Source: the human T2T-CHM13v2.0 reference genome, Homo sapiens
Assembly (NCBI RefSeq): GCF_009914755.1
Contig: NC_060944.1
Strand: one strand, 5' to 3'
DNA: 64,000 nt
In this document: positions 13,320 to 26,352 of the stretch, in pieces
Position numbering within the stretch: position 1 is the stretch's first letter
Layout of the letters: the number at the start of each line of letters is the position of its first letter
The notes under the pieces: generated by a model
Told to the model about the DNA's origin: nothing
Database searches by the model: none
The model's input: the letters and a program-made list of their open reading frames with translations, nothing else
Translations under genes and position numbers: made by a program

Positions 13320-14047
13320 GAAGAAATAGAAAGAAAGAAGAAAGAAAGAAAAAGAAAGACAGAAGGAAAGAAAGAAAAAGAAAGGAAGAAAGGAAGAAAG
13401 AAAGGAAGGAAGGAAGGAAGGGAAAAAGGGAGAAAGAGTGAAAGAGAGAGAGAAGGAGAGAGGGAGAGAGAGTGGGAGGGAAGGGAGGAGGGGAGGAAGG
13501 GAGGGAGGGAAGGAAGGGGAGAGAGAAAGAAAGAGAGAAAGAGAGAAAGAAAGAAAGAAGCAAGCAAATAAAGAAGCAAGCAAAGAAAGAAAAAGAAAGA
13601 AAGAAAGAAAAGAAAGGAAGGAAGAAAGAAAGAGGAAGGGAGGGAGGGAAGGAAGAAACAAAGGAAGGAAGGAAAGAGAGAGAAGAAAGAAAGAAGGAAA
13701 GAAAGAAAGAAAGGAAGGAAGAAAGAAAAAGAAGAAAGAAAGAAGCAAGCAAAGAAAGAAGCAAGCAAAGAAAGAAGCAAGGAGAGAAAGAAAGAAAGGA
13801 AGAAAGAGAGGAAGGGAGGGAGGGAGGGAAGGAAGGAGGGAACAAAGGAAGGAAGGAGAGAGAAGAAAGAAAGAAAGAGAGAGAGAGAAAGAAAGAAAGA
13901 AAGGAGGGAGGGAGGGAAGGAAGGAAGAAGAAAGAAAGAAAGAAAGAGAGAGAGAGAAAAAGGAAGAAAGAAAGAGAAAGAAAGAAAGAAAGAGAGAGAG
14001 AGAAAAAGGAAGAAAGAGAAAGAAAGAAAGAAAGAAAGAAAGAGAAA
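13320..14047 (+). repeat. Long polypurine (GAAA/GGAA/GA) tract, about 730 nt
   Basis: Seen directly; the source of the low-complexity ORFs in all frames. Confidence 0.97.
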
Positions 14048-16049
14048 TCTCCATCAGGTCTTAATGTCTTCATGTTGCCTGTAGGTGTGTGATTAGAGAC
14101 TTTGTCATAGTGGCATGAGAACTCTGTCTCTCTTCACTGCTACCTTCCCAAGAGAATAGAGACCTTGTGCTCAGCCACCTGCTCTATTTTCCCAGCCCAG
14201 CAGTTAGAAAGGAGAGGTTATGATGGGCCTAGGAGCCTTAGCATCAGAGAAGCTAGAATTACCTGCTACAGTCTGCTGAACAGATTCTCTCCTCTAAGTA
14301 TGGACAGAAATACATTACACAGTTTCCCTGACATGTTGCTGATTGCATGGGAGAGGGAAACATAAATTGACATGCAAACAAGCAAAAGAGCCAGAGTCAT
14401 AAATGCTGTGTGCTGTGGTACAATTAGCACGAACTTTGGTTCCCACCACTTGCATAGTCTTGGGCCACAGGATCTCTGATACTGACCTCCTGCCTCTTAA
14501 TGAGGGGATATAATAATGATCTCATAAAGATGCTTAGATGTATTGAGTGAGATGATCACAGCCCAAGTGCTCAGGGAAAAGTGCCAGAATGACAACAAAT
14601 TTGGAAATAATAATAATAAAACAATCTTTTATTATATGTTCTTTGAAATAGAGGTAAAATTCATACAAAGAAATGCACAGATCTTATATCTGTTTGAATG
14701 AGATTGACAAACACATACATGTGGTTGCACAACACCTAGATGAGCATATAGAACATTAATCTTGCCTTATGCCCCTTTCAAATTCACTCCAAGCCCTTCA
14801 GGGGCAAATGTTATACTGACATAGAAACTAATAACTTGCTTGTTTTTAATCCTTACATAATGAAATCATATAATAACATTACCTTTTGTGTCCGACTGTT
14901 ATTCAATGTTTGAGATTCATTGTTTTTGTATGTATCAGCAGTTATTTTATTGTTGAATAATATTACATTGTTTGAGTCTCCATATTTGTTCTTCCATTTA
15001 TCTGCTGATAGATGAACATTTGGTGTTCCCAATTGAGCGATTGTGAATTAAGATATCACATAAATCCCTGTACAAGGCACAATAACATATATTTTTAATT
15101 ATCCGTGGTAAATACCCAGGAGTGAAATTTTCTCCCAGTGTGTGGCTTGGGTTTTTTTTTTTTTTTTCATTTTCTTAATGATGGTGTATTCAGAAGAGTA
15201 GAAGTTTTAAAGTGTGACAGAATCAAATATATCTATTTTCCCTTTAAATTGAATATTATTGTGTCTAAGAACTTTGGCCTTCTCGAAGGCTGCAAAAATG
15301 TTCTGTTTGTGATATCTTTCCCTAGAAGCAGCATAAGTTTAGCATCTATATTAAGGTTTATGGTTCAAATTGATTAATATGTGCATTCCATGCAAGGTAC
15401 AGATCAAGGTTCCTTTCTTCCAAGATGCTCTTGTTTTTACTAATTATTAATAATGCTGCTATGGACATTCATGTGCAAATTTTTGTGTGAATACATTTTC
15501 AGTTCTCTTTGGTATAATCATGGAAGTGGAATTTTTGGGTCACATGGCAACACTGTTTAACTCTTGAAGAAACTGACACACTGTTTTTACAATGACTCTA
15601 CCATTTTATAGTCCCACCAGCAACAGCTTCTTAGATGTGGAGATTAATATTGTTAAGCAAAATCAAAATGTTTTTAGCCATTATATCTTCAAATATCCTC
15701 TGCCTCATTCTCTCTTCTGAAATTCCCATTATGCATATGTTTTTACACTAGATTATGCTCCATAGGTCTTTGAAGCTCTATTCATTTTTTTCATTCTTTT
15801 TTTTTTTTTCACTGTTTCTCAGAGTGTATAATCTCGATTGACCTATAATTATGTTGGGTTTTTCTTCTGTCCATTCCTACCTGCTGGTGAGCCCCTCTGG
15901 TGAATTTCTATTTCAGCGATTGTACTTTACAACTTCATCGCTTATCTTGAATTATTTCAATATTGTGAGACATGATTTTCATACTTTTCTTTAGTCTTTT
16001 TCTCCATGATTTCCTTTAGTTCTTGGAGTATACCAGCTGATGTCATGAT

Positions 16050-17650
16050 ACATGCTCATGGATGAGTAGAATCAATATTGTGAGAATGACCATACTGCCA
16101 AAAGCAATCTACAAATTCAAGGCAATCCGCATCAAAATACCACCATCATTCTTCACAGATTTAGGAAAAGCAATTCTAAAATTCATATGGAACCAAAAAA
16201 CAGCCCACATAGCCAAAGCAAGACTAAGCAAAAAGAACAAATCTGGAGGCATCACACTACCTGATTTCAAACTATACTATAAGGCCATAGTCACCAAAAT
16301 AGCGTGGCACTGGTATAAAAATAGGCACATAGACCAATGGAACAGAATAGAGAACCCAGAAATAAACCCAAATACTTATAGCCAAATGATCTTTGGCAAA
16401 GCAAACAAAAACATAAAGTGGGGAAAAGGATTCCCTTTTCAACAAATGGTGCTGGGATAATTGGCTACCCACATGTGGGAGAATGAAACTGGATCCTCAT
16501 CTCACACTTTATACAAAAATCAACTCAAGATAGATTAAAGACTTAAAACTAATACCTGAAACTATAAAAATTCTAGAAGATAACATTGGAAAAATCCTTC
16601 TAGACATTGGCTTAGGCAAGGATTTCATGACCAAAAGGCAAAAAGCAATTGCAATTAAAACAAAGATAAATAGCTGGGACCTAATTAAACTAAAGGGCTT
16701 TTGCACAGCAAAAGGAACAGTCAGTAGAGTAAATGGACAACCCACAGAGTGGGAGAAAATCTTCACATTCTATACATCTGACAAAGGACTAATATCCAGA
16801 ATTTACAACGAACTCAAACAAATCAGTAAGAAAAAACGATCAATCCCACCAAAAAGTGGGCTAAGGACATGAACAGACAATCCTTAAAAGAAGATATACA
16901 GGCTGGGCGCGGTGGCTCATGCCTGTAATCCTAGCACTTTGGGAGGCCGAGGCGGGCGGATCACGAGGTCAGGAGATCGAGACCATCCTGACTAACACGG
17001 TGAAACCCCGTCTCTACTAAAAATACAAAAAATTAGCCGGGCGCTGTGGCCGGCTCCTGTAGTCCCAGCTGGTCGGGAGGCGGTGGGGGGGGAGTGCTGA
17101 GGCAGGAGAATGGCGTGGACCCGGGAGGCGGAGCTTGAAGTGAGCCGAGATCGCGCCACTGCACTCCAGCCTGGGTGAAAGACAAAGACTCCGTCTCAAA
17201 AAAAAAAAAAAAAAAAAAAAGAAGAAGAAGATATACAAATGGCCAACAAACATATGAAAAAATGCTCAACATCACTAATGATCAGGGAAATGCAAATCAA
17301 AACCACAATGCAATACCACCTTACTCCTATAAGAATGGCCATATTCAAAGAATCGAAAAACCGTAGATGTTGGTGTGGATGCGGCAATCAGGGAACACTT
17401 CTACACTGCTGGTGGGAATGTAAACTAGTACAGCTGCTATGGAAAACGGTGTGGAGATTCCTTAAAGAACTAAAAGTAGAACTACCGTATGATCTAGCAA
17501 TCCCACTACTGGGTAACCACCCGGAGGAAAAGAAGTCATTATTCAAAAAAGATACTTGCACATCCATGTTTATAGCAGCACAATTCACAATAGCAAAATC
17601 CTGGAACCAATCCAAATGCCTATCAATCAATGAGTAGATAAAGAAACTCT

Positions 17651-17684
<34 letters not shown>

Positions 17685-18233
17685 TTTTATATATATATGT
17701 TTTATATATATATCAGTGTTTCATATATATATATATAATCTTTCTTTGTCTTTGACTTTCAGCAATGCAATTAAAATGTGCCTTGGAGAGAACCTGTTTT
17801 ATATATATATGTATATAGATCTCTCTCTCACCATGATGCCCATATATGTATATATGATGGAATACTACTCAGCCATAAAAAGGAATGAATTAACAGCATT
17901 TGCAATGACCTGGATGAGATTAGAGATGATTATTCCAAGTGAAGTAACTCAGGAATGGAAAGTTAAACATCATACATTCTCACTGATATGTGGGAGCTAA
18001 CCTATGAGGACGCAAAGGAATAAGAATGATAAAGTGGACTTTGGGGACTTGGGGGGAAGAGTGGGAGGGGGGCGGGGGATAAAAGATAAAAGACAACAAA
18101 TATGGTGCAGTGTATACTGCTCAGGTGATGGGTGCACCAGGTTCTTACAAATCTCCACTAAAGAACTTACTCATGTAACCAAATACCACCTGTACCCCAA
18201 TAACTTATAGAAAAATAAAATTAAAAAAATAAA
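16050..18233 (+). mobile_element. 5'-truncated L1 (L1PB1-like): ORF2 C-terminal part, 3'UTR and A tail
   Basis: ORF2 peptides [17 protein letters not shown]...[18 protein letters not shown] and [22 protein letters not shown]; 3' end ...CCACCTGTACCCCAATAACTTATAGAAAAATAAAA. Confidence 0.93.
16901..17220 (+). mobile_element. AluY-like element inserted in the L1
   Basis: GAGATCGAGACCATCCTGACTAACACGGTG and a poly-A tail. Target-site duplication (TSD) AGAAGATATACA on both sides. Confidence 0.97.
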
Positions 18234-18239
18234 GGAACA

Positions 18240-19085
<846 letters not shown>

Positions 19086-19089
19086 CACA

Positions 19090-20900
19090 AATACTATCTT
19101 ATAACCCATTATTTAAACTGACAACAACTTAACACTGCTTCCATAAACAAACAAGAGAAAGAAAACTAATAAAGACTCTATACTTTAACTTCATTCCCGC
19201 CACTTTTTAACTGATAATTGCTGTGCTTTCTCTCACCCCATGCACAGAAATGCTCTGTGCCCCATACCTGCAACCGGGAGATGAAGGAGGAGTGGCATCA
19301 GTGATACAAGTGTTTTTCCTACCCCTTCAGCGCCTCTTTCAGTGATATAAAGTTAAAATCAGTTACTGTGAGTGCTCACCTGATTTTTTGGTTCTTATAA
19401 AGGTGATCTTTCTCTGCAGATACTTGTTAAATTGGTGACCTTGGTGGGGGCAGGGGGGATCATTGGAGCCTTCTATTCCACCATCTTGTTCTGCCACCCT
19501 CCTCTCTTAATTTTTATTCTCTCTGAACGATTTTATTTCTCCTTCATTTCTGAAGGATAGCTTTGCTGAGGGTAATGTTCTTAGCTGACAGTTTTCTCTT
19601 TTAGTAATTTGAATATATTATGCCATTCTTTCCTGGCCTGTAAGGTTTCTCCCGAGAAATTCTCTGTTAGTCAGATGGGGGTTACCTTATATGTGACTTG
19701 ACATTTTTCTCTTGCTGCTTTTAAAAATCTTTCTTTGTCTTTGACTTTTAGCAATGCAATTAAAATGTGCCTTGGAGAGAACCCGTTTAGGTTGAATTTA
19801 TTTAGGGTTCTTATAGCTTCCTGGACCTGGATTTCTATCTCTCTCCCAAGATGCAAGAAGTTTTCTGCTATTATTTTATGCGTCTGATGGAAAAGTTGCC
19901 TCTTCCAATTTTATGGAGTAGATTTTATAAGCGAAAACTTATTTTTATGAATGGGTCTTTAGGTGTTAGTTCATTTGAGTTTGTTGGTTTTTGTTGCAGG
20001 TGTATGTAGCAGTATTGTTTCCATAGAGTTTCTTCACCTATGATCCACACTTGTGGCACTTGAGAGTTTCTCAGCGCCCTAGTTGAGAGAGTGTGCTGCT
20101 ACAGTGGCATGGCTTTGCCAGTGCTGTGGTTCCAGCGCTAATTCTCAGGTCAGGGGTGTGTGCATCCACGTGGTAGGTAATTCAATTAAGGTATGACTCA
20201 ATGGTATTGGGGCCAGGGTGCTGTTATCCTGGCTGGAAGCATGGGCACATGTTTGTTCAGTCAGTGAGTGTGACTACAGGCTAGGGGTGGCCTGTGAAGC
20301 TGTTTCTTGGTTTCAGGACGTGGAAGTACAGCTTCTCAACTGGTCTGAAGACATGTCTGCCAGGGTCAGTCTACTGGGCTTTTTCTCAGGCCCAAGATGT
20401 GGGTGTAAGGCTGCTTGGATGGCCTACGAGAGGAAGGGAATGAGAGAGGAAAGAGGGCTTTTTCTCAGGCACTTGACACAGCTGCATGGCTGAGTGGCTA
20501 GGCTTTGAGCATTTCTGTAAGGGGTGGCCCAAGAAGATATTCTGTAGGCCTAGGGTGTAGGCATGGAGCTTCTTGGTTGTCCTTCATGTGTGACCACCAG
20601 AGGCAATCTGTAGGACTGTTTCTCAGACCTGGGACATGACCACATAACTACTTGGCTGGCTTGGGTATGCCCACCAGGGGTGGCCCATGGGCTGTTTCTC
20701 AGGTTTGGGAAATGGGCTCTCGGCAGCTGGGCCAGCGTGGTGTCAAGCCCAGCAGGGGAGCTTGTGAGTCTGTTTCTCAAGCTCTTATTGGGAGTATAGG
20801 GCCACTGAGCAGGCCATGGATGTGTCTCTGGAGGGAGAGAGTGTTACAGGGCTATTTCTCAGGTACTCAGTGTGGACACATAGCCACTGTGCTGCCACAG
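19090..20900 (-). mobile_element. Old L1 fragments: ORF1 piece and 5'UTR block (unit 2 copy)
   Basis: ORF1-like peptide EIQVQEAIRTLNKFN...KERFLKAAREKCQVTYK. 20090-20900 aligns with 655-1435. Confidence 0.8.
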
Positions 20901-21786
20901 GGGCATATAAACTGTGTCAAGCTCAGTGACCTGTCTCCTACTTGGTGAACTTTAAAATATTCTACTATTTTTTCCTTGTTTATTTTTTATCATTTGATAT
21001 TTTCCCAATCATGATACCACATCTAAGATGTATGCAGCACTATACCATGTTTATGCTTTCCAAATTACCGATTTCTGCTTTCATCTTTATCAATAGATTT
21101 ATTTTTAATTTTGAAATGCTTTTTTTTCAAATTTCATTAAATCCAATCATGATATGAGTATCATAATCACATGTTGTGCCTAGTTTGCATTTTCCTGCTT
21201 TGTTTTTGCAAATCTTGTGCACCTTTGTTTTATCTGTATCTTTTGGACACTAGATTAGTTGGAAGTTTTGTTCTTGATCCATAAGTAAGATTAATATTTC
21301 AGACTCTTGTTTGTTCCGGTAATCTTGGAACACAACAGTTCCTGGTATTTCCTTAAGGGAAGTGTAAGGAAGATTATAGTGATTAGCAGGTACAGCAATA
21401 AATTTGTGTTCAGGAAAACTTTACTCTTTTCTTTTGGGGTCCCTGCCATAAGGAAATACTTACTGCCCTTAGGGCAAACAGATAAAACTGGTAAGATCTC
21501 AGAATGGCTCATAGAGAAACCACATAGCTCACATGCTTCAAGTTTGATGGCATAAGTAGCATTTTTTCCTATGGTTGGCCTTTCCCCTCTCCCCTTCCAT
21601 ATAGCATTGCTTACAGGAAGGTTAGGATTTTAAGAGAGAATAATAGAAAATAAGTTTCCAAGCCGTCCTTTCTCCAGAACTACCCTCCACAGTGTTCTGA
21701 ATGCATACAGGGTCACTGTTCAAATGTTGCTGCTTCTCCTGTTGTCTTCTCATAACAAGGACTTTTTCAGTCAAAGTAAAGAAACT

Positions 21787-22132
<346 letters not shown>

Positions 22133-23137
22133 TCAAGAAGTTTTCACAATTGCAAAAAAACAAAACAAAACAACACAACACAACAAAACAAAACAAAAGC
22201 AAAAAAACCCTATGCTTCCACCCAAGGTAAAAATTTTAGCTTTAGGTCCACTCTCAATACATTATTTAATGAACTGAAGTTGGCAAATATTCCTCACAGC
22301 CTGTTGGAGGGTTCAGCAGTTTATTACAGAAGTATGAAATGCTTTTATTTAAAAAATGTATTTTGGTAAATACATTTTTGTTTAGGTAAATATCATCAAA
22401 TAATCCAATTTGGAAACCAACATTCTTACTTCTTTTTCCAACAGTTGTTCCTATCATCATAAAAACATGTTAAATTTTTCTCATCCTTTCAAAAAATCTC
22501 TGGAGCTTACCTCACCCTCCAGATACAGCCTCACCTCTCATTCCACCATGAAATCAGACTTCTTGAGATGGTTTCAGCTGGACTCCATCCTTCAACTGAC
22601 AACCCAACACAACTGTATTCATCTCTCGTTAACATTACTAGCAGTGAGTAACATCAGAAAGTTTTTGACACATGTTAGTCTTTTTTGTGATGAACTTCAC
22701 AGATACATTTGACATTGGTATGCCTCATTTATTTGTTGAAATTTTTTTCTTTGGCTTCCATGAAGTTTCTTTCTCTTCTGTATCATTCTACTTCTATGAC
22801 TGCTCCTTCTCGAGTAAAACAGAATGTGTCTCAGGATTACTTTAAAACAAGACAAAGTATAGAGTTATACCTAAAATTTAGTATTTAAGTTATTGGATCA
22901 GAAAGGAAACTCGCATTTAGAGTATGAAGGCATTGTCAGCCACCAATTACTTTTGTAACCTGAAGCTAGTCTCCTTCCTACTCCGGACTGAATTTCTTCT
23001 GTATAATGCAAGCGATCTGGCATGATGATATACAAAGACCGATAAAATTTTGCTGGGGATTCTGAAAGTAAAAAAAATTGCCTTTGATATTATGTCCCCA
23101 TGCTAAGTCCCTGGGGACTTTGACATTATCCCCCACT

Positions 23138-23284
23138 GAGCAGGGGTGAGGAAGCTGGCATTTACTAATAAGCTATGAAAGGGCAGTGCCTTTTGACATT
23201 TCAGCTCCACCCATAGCACACCCACTCAAGGAACATATAAATGAAGAGATCCGCTCAGTTCTCAGACAAGATTTTTCAAGCAAG
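23138..23284 (+). promoter_or_regulatory. SEMG2: SEMG2 core promoter and 5'UTR
   Basis: TATAAA at 23236-23241, 49 nt upstream of the ATG; aligns with the SEMG1 promoter. Confidence 0.85.
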
Positions 23285-25276
23285 ATGAAGTCCATCATCC
23301 TCTTTGTCCTTTCCCTGCTCCTTATCTTGGAGAAGCAAGCAGCTGTGATGGGACAAAAAGGTGAGTGGAGAGGGTAAGCCTTGGGGAAAGCTACTTTAAA
23401 AAAATGGCCTCTAAGGATATTCAGGGTGCAAACAGTAACCTGTTCAGGCACAGATTCTTCTCCTTGATGAGAATTGATTTTTCTCCACCCAACGCTGTAG
23501 GCTTTTGGAAATATCAGAAATTTGTTGGGAAAAGGTGGGAGGTAAGAGTTGCAAGAGAGCTTTGGAGATAATGAATGCATACATTTCTATTATCAATTAC
23601 CAGGTGGATCAAAAGGCCAATTGCCAAGCGGATCTTCCCAATTTCCACATGGACAAAAGGGCCAGCACTATTTTGGACAAAAAGACCAACAACATACTAA
23701 ATCCAAAGGCAGTTTTTCTATTCAACACACATATCATGTAGACATCAATGATCATGACTGGACCCGAAAAAGTCAGCAATATGATTTGAATGCCCTACAT
23801 AAGGCGACAAAATCAAAACAACACCTAGGTGGAAGTCAACAACTGCTCAATTATAAACAAGAAGGCAGAGACCATGATAAATCAAAAGGTCATTTTCACA
23901 TGATAGTTATACATCATAAAGGAGGCCAAGCTCATCATGGGACACAAAATCCTTCTCAAGATCAGGGGAATAGCCCATCTGGAAAGGGATTATCCAGTCA
24001 ATGTTCAAACACAGAAAAAAGGCTATGGGTTCATGGACTAAGTAAAGAACAAGCTTCAGCCTCTGGTGCACAAAAAGGTAGAACACAAGGTGGATCCCAA
24101 AGCAGTTATGTTCTCCAAACTGAAGAACTAGTAGTTAACAAACAACAACGTGAGACTAAAAATTCTCATCAAAATAAAGGGCATTACCAAAATGTGGTTG
24201 ACGTGAGAGAGGAACATTCAAGTAAACTACAAACTTCACTCCATCCTGCACATCAAGACAGACTCCAACATGGACCCAAAGACATTTTTACTACCCAAGA
24301 TGAGCTCCTAGTATATAACAAGAATCAACACCAGACAAAAAATCTCAGTCAAGATCAAGAGCATGGCCGGAAGGCACATAAAATATCATACCCGTCTTCA
24401 CGTACAGAAGAAAGACAACTTCACCATGGAGAAAAGAGTGTACAGAAAGATGTATCCAAAGGCAGCATTTCTATCCAAACTGAAGAGAAAATACATGGCA
24501 AGTCTCAAAACCAGGTAACAATTCATAGTCAAGATCAAGAGCATGGCCATAAGGAAAATAAAATATCATACCAATCTTCAAGTACAGAAGAAAGACATCT
24601 CAACTGTGGAGAAAAGGGCATCCAGAAAGGTGTATCCAAAGGCAGTATTTCGATCCAAACTGAAGAGCAAATACATGGCAAGTCTCAAAACCAGGTAAGA
24701 ATTCCTAGTCAAGCTCAAGAGTATGGCCATAAGGAAAATAAAATATCATACCAATCTTCGAGTACAGAAGAAAGACGTCTCAACAGTGGAGAAAAGGATG
24801 TACAGAAAGGTGTATCCAAAGGCAGTATTTCTATCCAAACTGAAGAGAAAATACATGGCAAGTCTCAAAACCAGGTAACAATTCCTAGTCAAGATCAAGA
24901 GCATGGCCATAAGGAAAATAAAATGTCATACCAATCTTCAAGTACAGAAGAAAGACGACTCAACTATGGAGGAAAGAGCACGCAGAAAGATGTATCCCAA
25001 AGCAGTATTTCTTTCCAAATTGAAAAGCTAGTAGAAGGCAAGTCTCAAATCCAGACACCAAATCCTAATCAAGATCAATGGTCTGGCCAAAATGCAAAAG
25101 GAAAGTCTGGTCAATCTGCAGATAGCAAACAAGACCTACTCAGTCATGAACAAAAAGGCAGATACAAACAGGAATCCAGTGAGTCACATAATATTGTAAT
25201 TACTGAGCATGAGGTTGCCCAAGATGATCATTTGACACAACAATATAATGAAGACAGAAATCCAATATCTACATAG
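23285..25276 (+). CDS. SEMG2: Semenogelin-2, 582 aa; coding exons 23285-23360 and 23604-25276
   Basis: ATG at 23285 ([25 protein letters not shown]). Donor at 23360/23361, acceptor at 23603/23604, TAG at 25274-25276. 76+1673=1749 nt = 582 aa + stop. Cys at codons 159 and 360; N-glycosylation sequon NLS at codon 272 (24341-24349), where SEMG1 has NLN. Confidence 0.99.
24369..25088 (+). repeat. Four 180-nt (60-aa) coding tandem repeats in SEMG2
   Basis: KISY(P/Q)SS-TEER units recur with a 180-nt period. The two extra units account for the 120-aa length difference from SEMG1. Confidence 0.95.
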
Positions 25277-26185
25277 CCCTGTTGCTTAGCAACCACTTGA
25301 AAAGCTGGACCAATAGCAAGGTAAGTTTGCTTTTCTTACCAAATAGGAGAGGTGCCTGTCCCAAAGTTGGGGACTCTCCAGGAACATGGTAGGACTGATA
25401 ACCATTGTTCACATCAATAGAAGTGCTATATTACAAGTGGTGGGAAGATGAACACCATTTCCTGGCGAGTAGAGGACCTGGTAGTGGCAGGGAAGGCTGC
25501 TTGGACTATCACTGGGTCCTAGAATTCCTATTCTTAATTGAGTATTCTTCAATAATATTTTTATACATGCCTACCTGCTAAAGATTTTTTTGAACATGCA
25601 CTGACTATATATGCATATTTATGAGTTTATGGTATACTCTTGTCAATTCTTATACTTTAGATTAGTAAACCTCAAATTCTTTCTCATATAGTATGAAATA
25701 TTACAGCAGTTAATATTTTCTTTCTGCACATACATGAATGTTCTTGCATCCCTGTTAGAGTTCATCTATGCTCCTTCAGAGACCACAAGCCCAAAGACTA
25801 GCAGTCCACTCTCTCTGAATATAGGAAAGATATGAGTAGAAAGAAGGATTCCTGTTCAGATTGTGAAAAAGGAAGTGGAAATGGAGGTGCAGGAGATGCT
25901 GAGAGATCTCAGGTGCTAACTGGACACTTGCAATGTCAGGAGAGGAAAATTTTAACCTGGATTGGGGAAATGGTTCTTCCATGCCCCTTTGCAATAAGTA
26001 ACACTGTACCTGAAGAGAGGGTAAGCAGCAGAAACAATGGTCCCAGCTGATAACTAGTGACCTGGTGTCCTAATGATCAGGGGGCTGGTGCAGTTGACGC
26101 TAAAGGGGACAGGGGTCCCAGCTCTCCCATCCTCACCCCCACTCTCCACTATCCTCACATATCTGGTTGTCTTTTTTCTCCCTAG

Positions 26186-26352
26186 GTGTCACCCGACCTC
26201 AGTGAAGTCTTTGATGTTTCTGAGAGGCAGACTCCCATGTGGTCCCAGATCCTTGGTCCATGGATGACACCACCTTCCCATGCTTCCTTGCATTAGGCTT
26301 TCTAAACCCGGAGCCCCTTCAAACTTCCAATAAAGGGATCATTTTCTGCTTT
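26186..26352 (+). other. SEMG2: SEMG2 non-coding exon 3 (3'UTR)
   Basis: Exon 2 donor AAG|GTAAGT at 25320/25321; acceptor CCTAG|G at 26185/26186. The 3' end is approximate. Confidence 0.9.
26329..26334 (+). terminator. SEMG2: SEMG2 polyadenylation signal AATAAA
   Basis: AATAAA at the paralogous position in exon 3. Confidence 0.9.

Larger units (their letters stand above)
7010..16045 (+). repeat. Segmental duplication unit 1 (SEMG1 plus flanks); paralogous to about 20945-30725
   Basis: Colinear homology of upstream region, exons, introns and 3' flank with the SEMG2 region. Confidence 0.92.

Noticed and set aside
14058-14074. 17-nt exact inverted match to CATGAAGACATTAAGAC at about 31119-31135
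   Set aside because: One 17-mer match somewhere in an AT-rich 64-kb window is expected by chance, and it does not extend.
13163-14092. Long ORFs of 200-290 aa on both strands (also at 12449, 27150 and 40073)
   Set aside because: They are translations of polypurine tracts, which lack stop codons by composition; the products are low-complexity.
16062-17637. Reverse-transcriptase-type ORFs here and at 50569-52665
   Set aside because: Fragmented, frameshifted L1 ORF2 remnants with no intact element.
23549-23603. N-terminal extension of the 575-aa ORF (MQESFGDNE...), and the 9449 start of the SEMG1 ORF
   Set aside because: Artefacts of unspliced ORF calling. The real starts are the exon 1 ATGs at 23285 and 8947.
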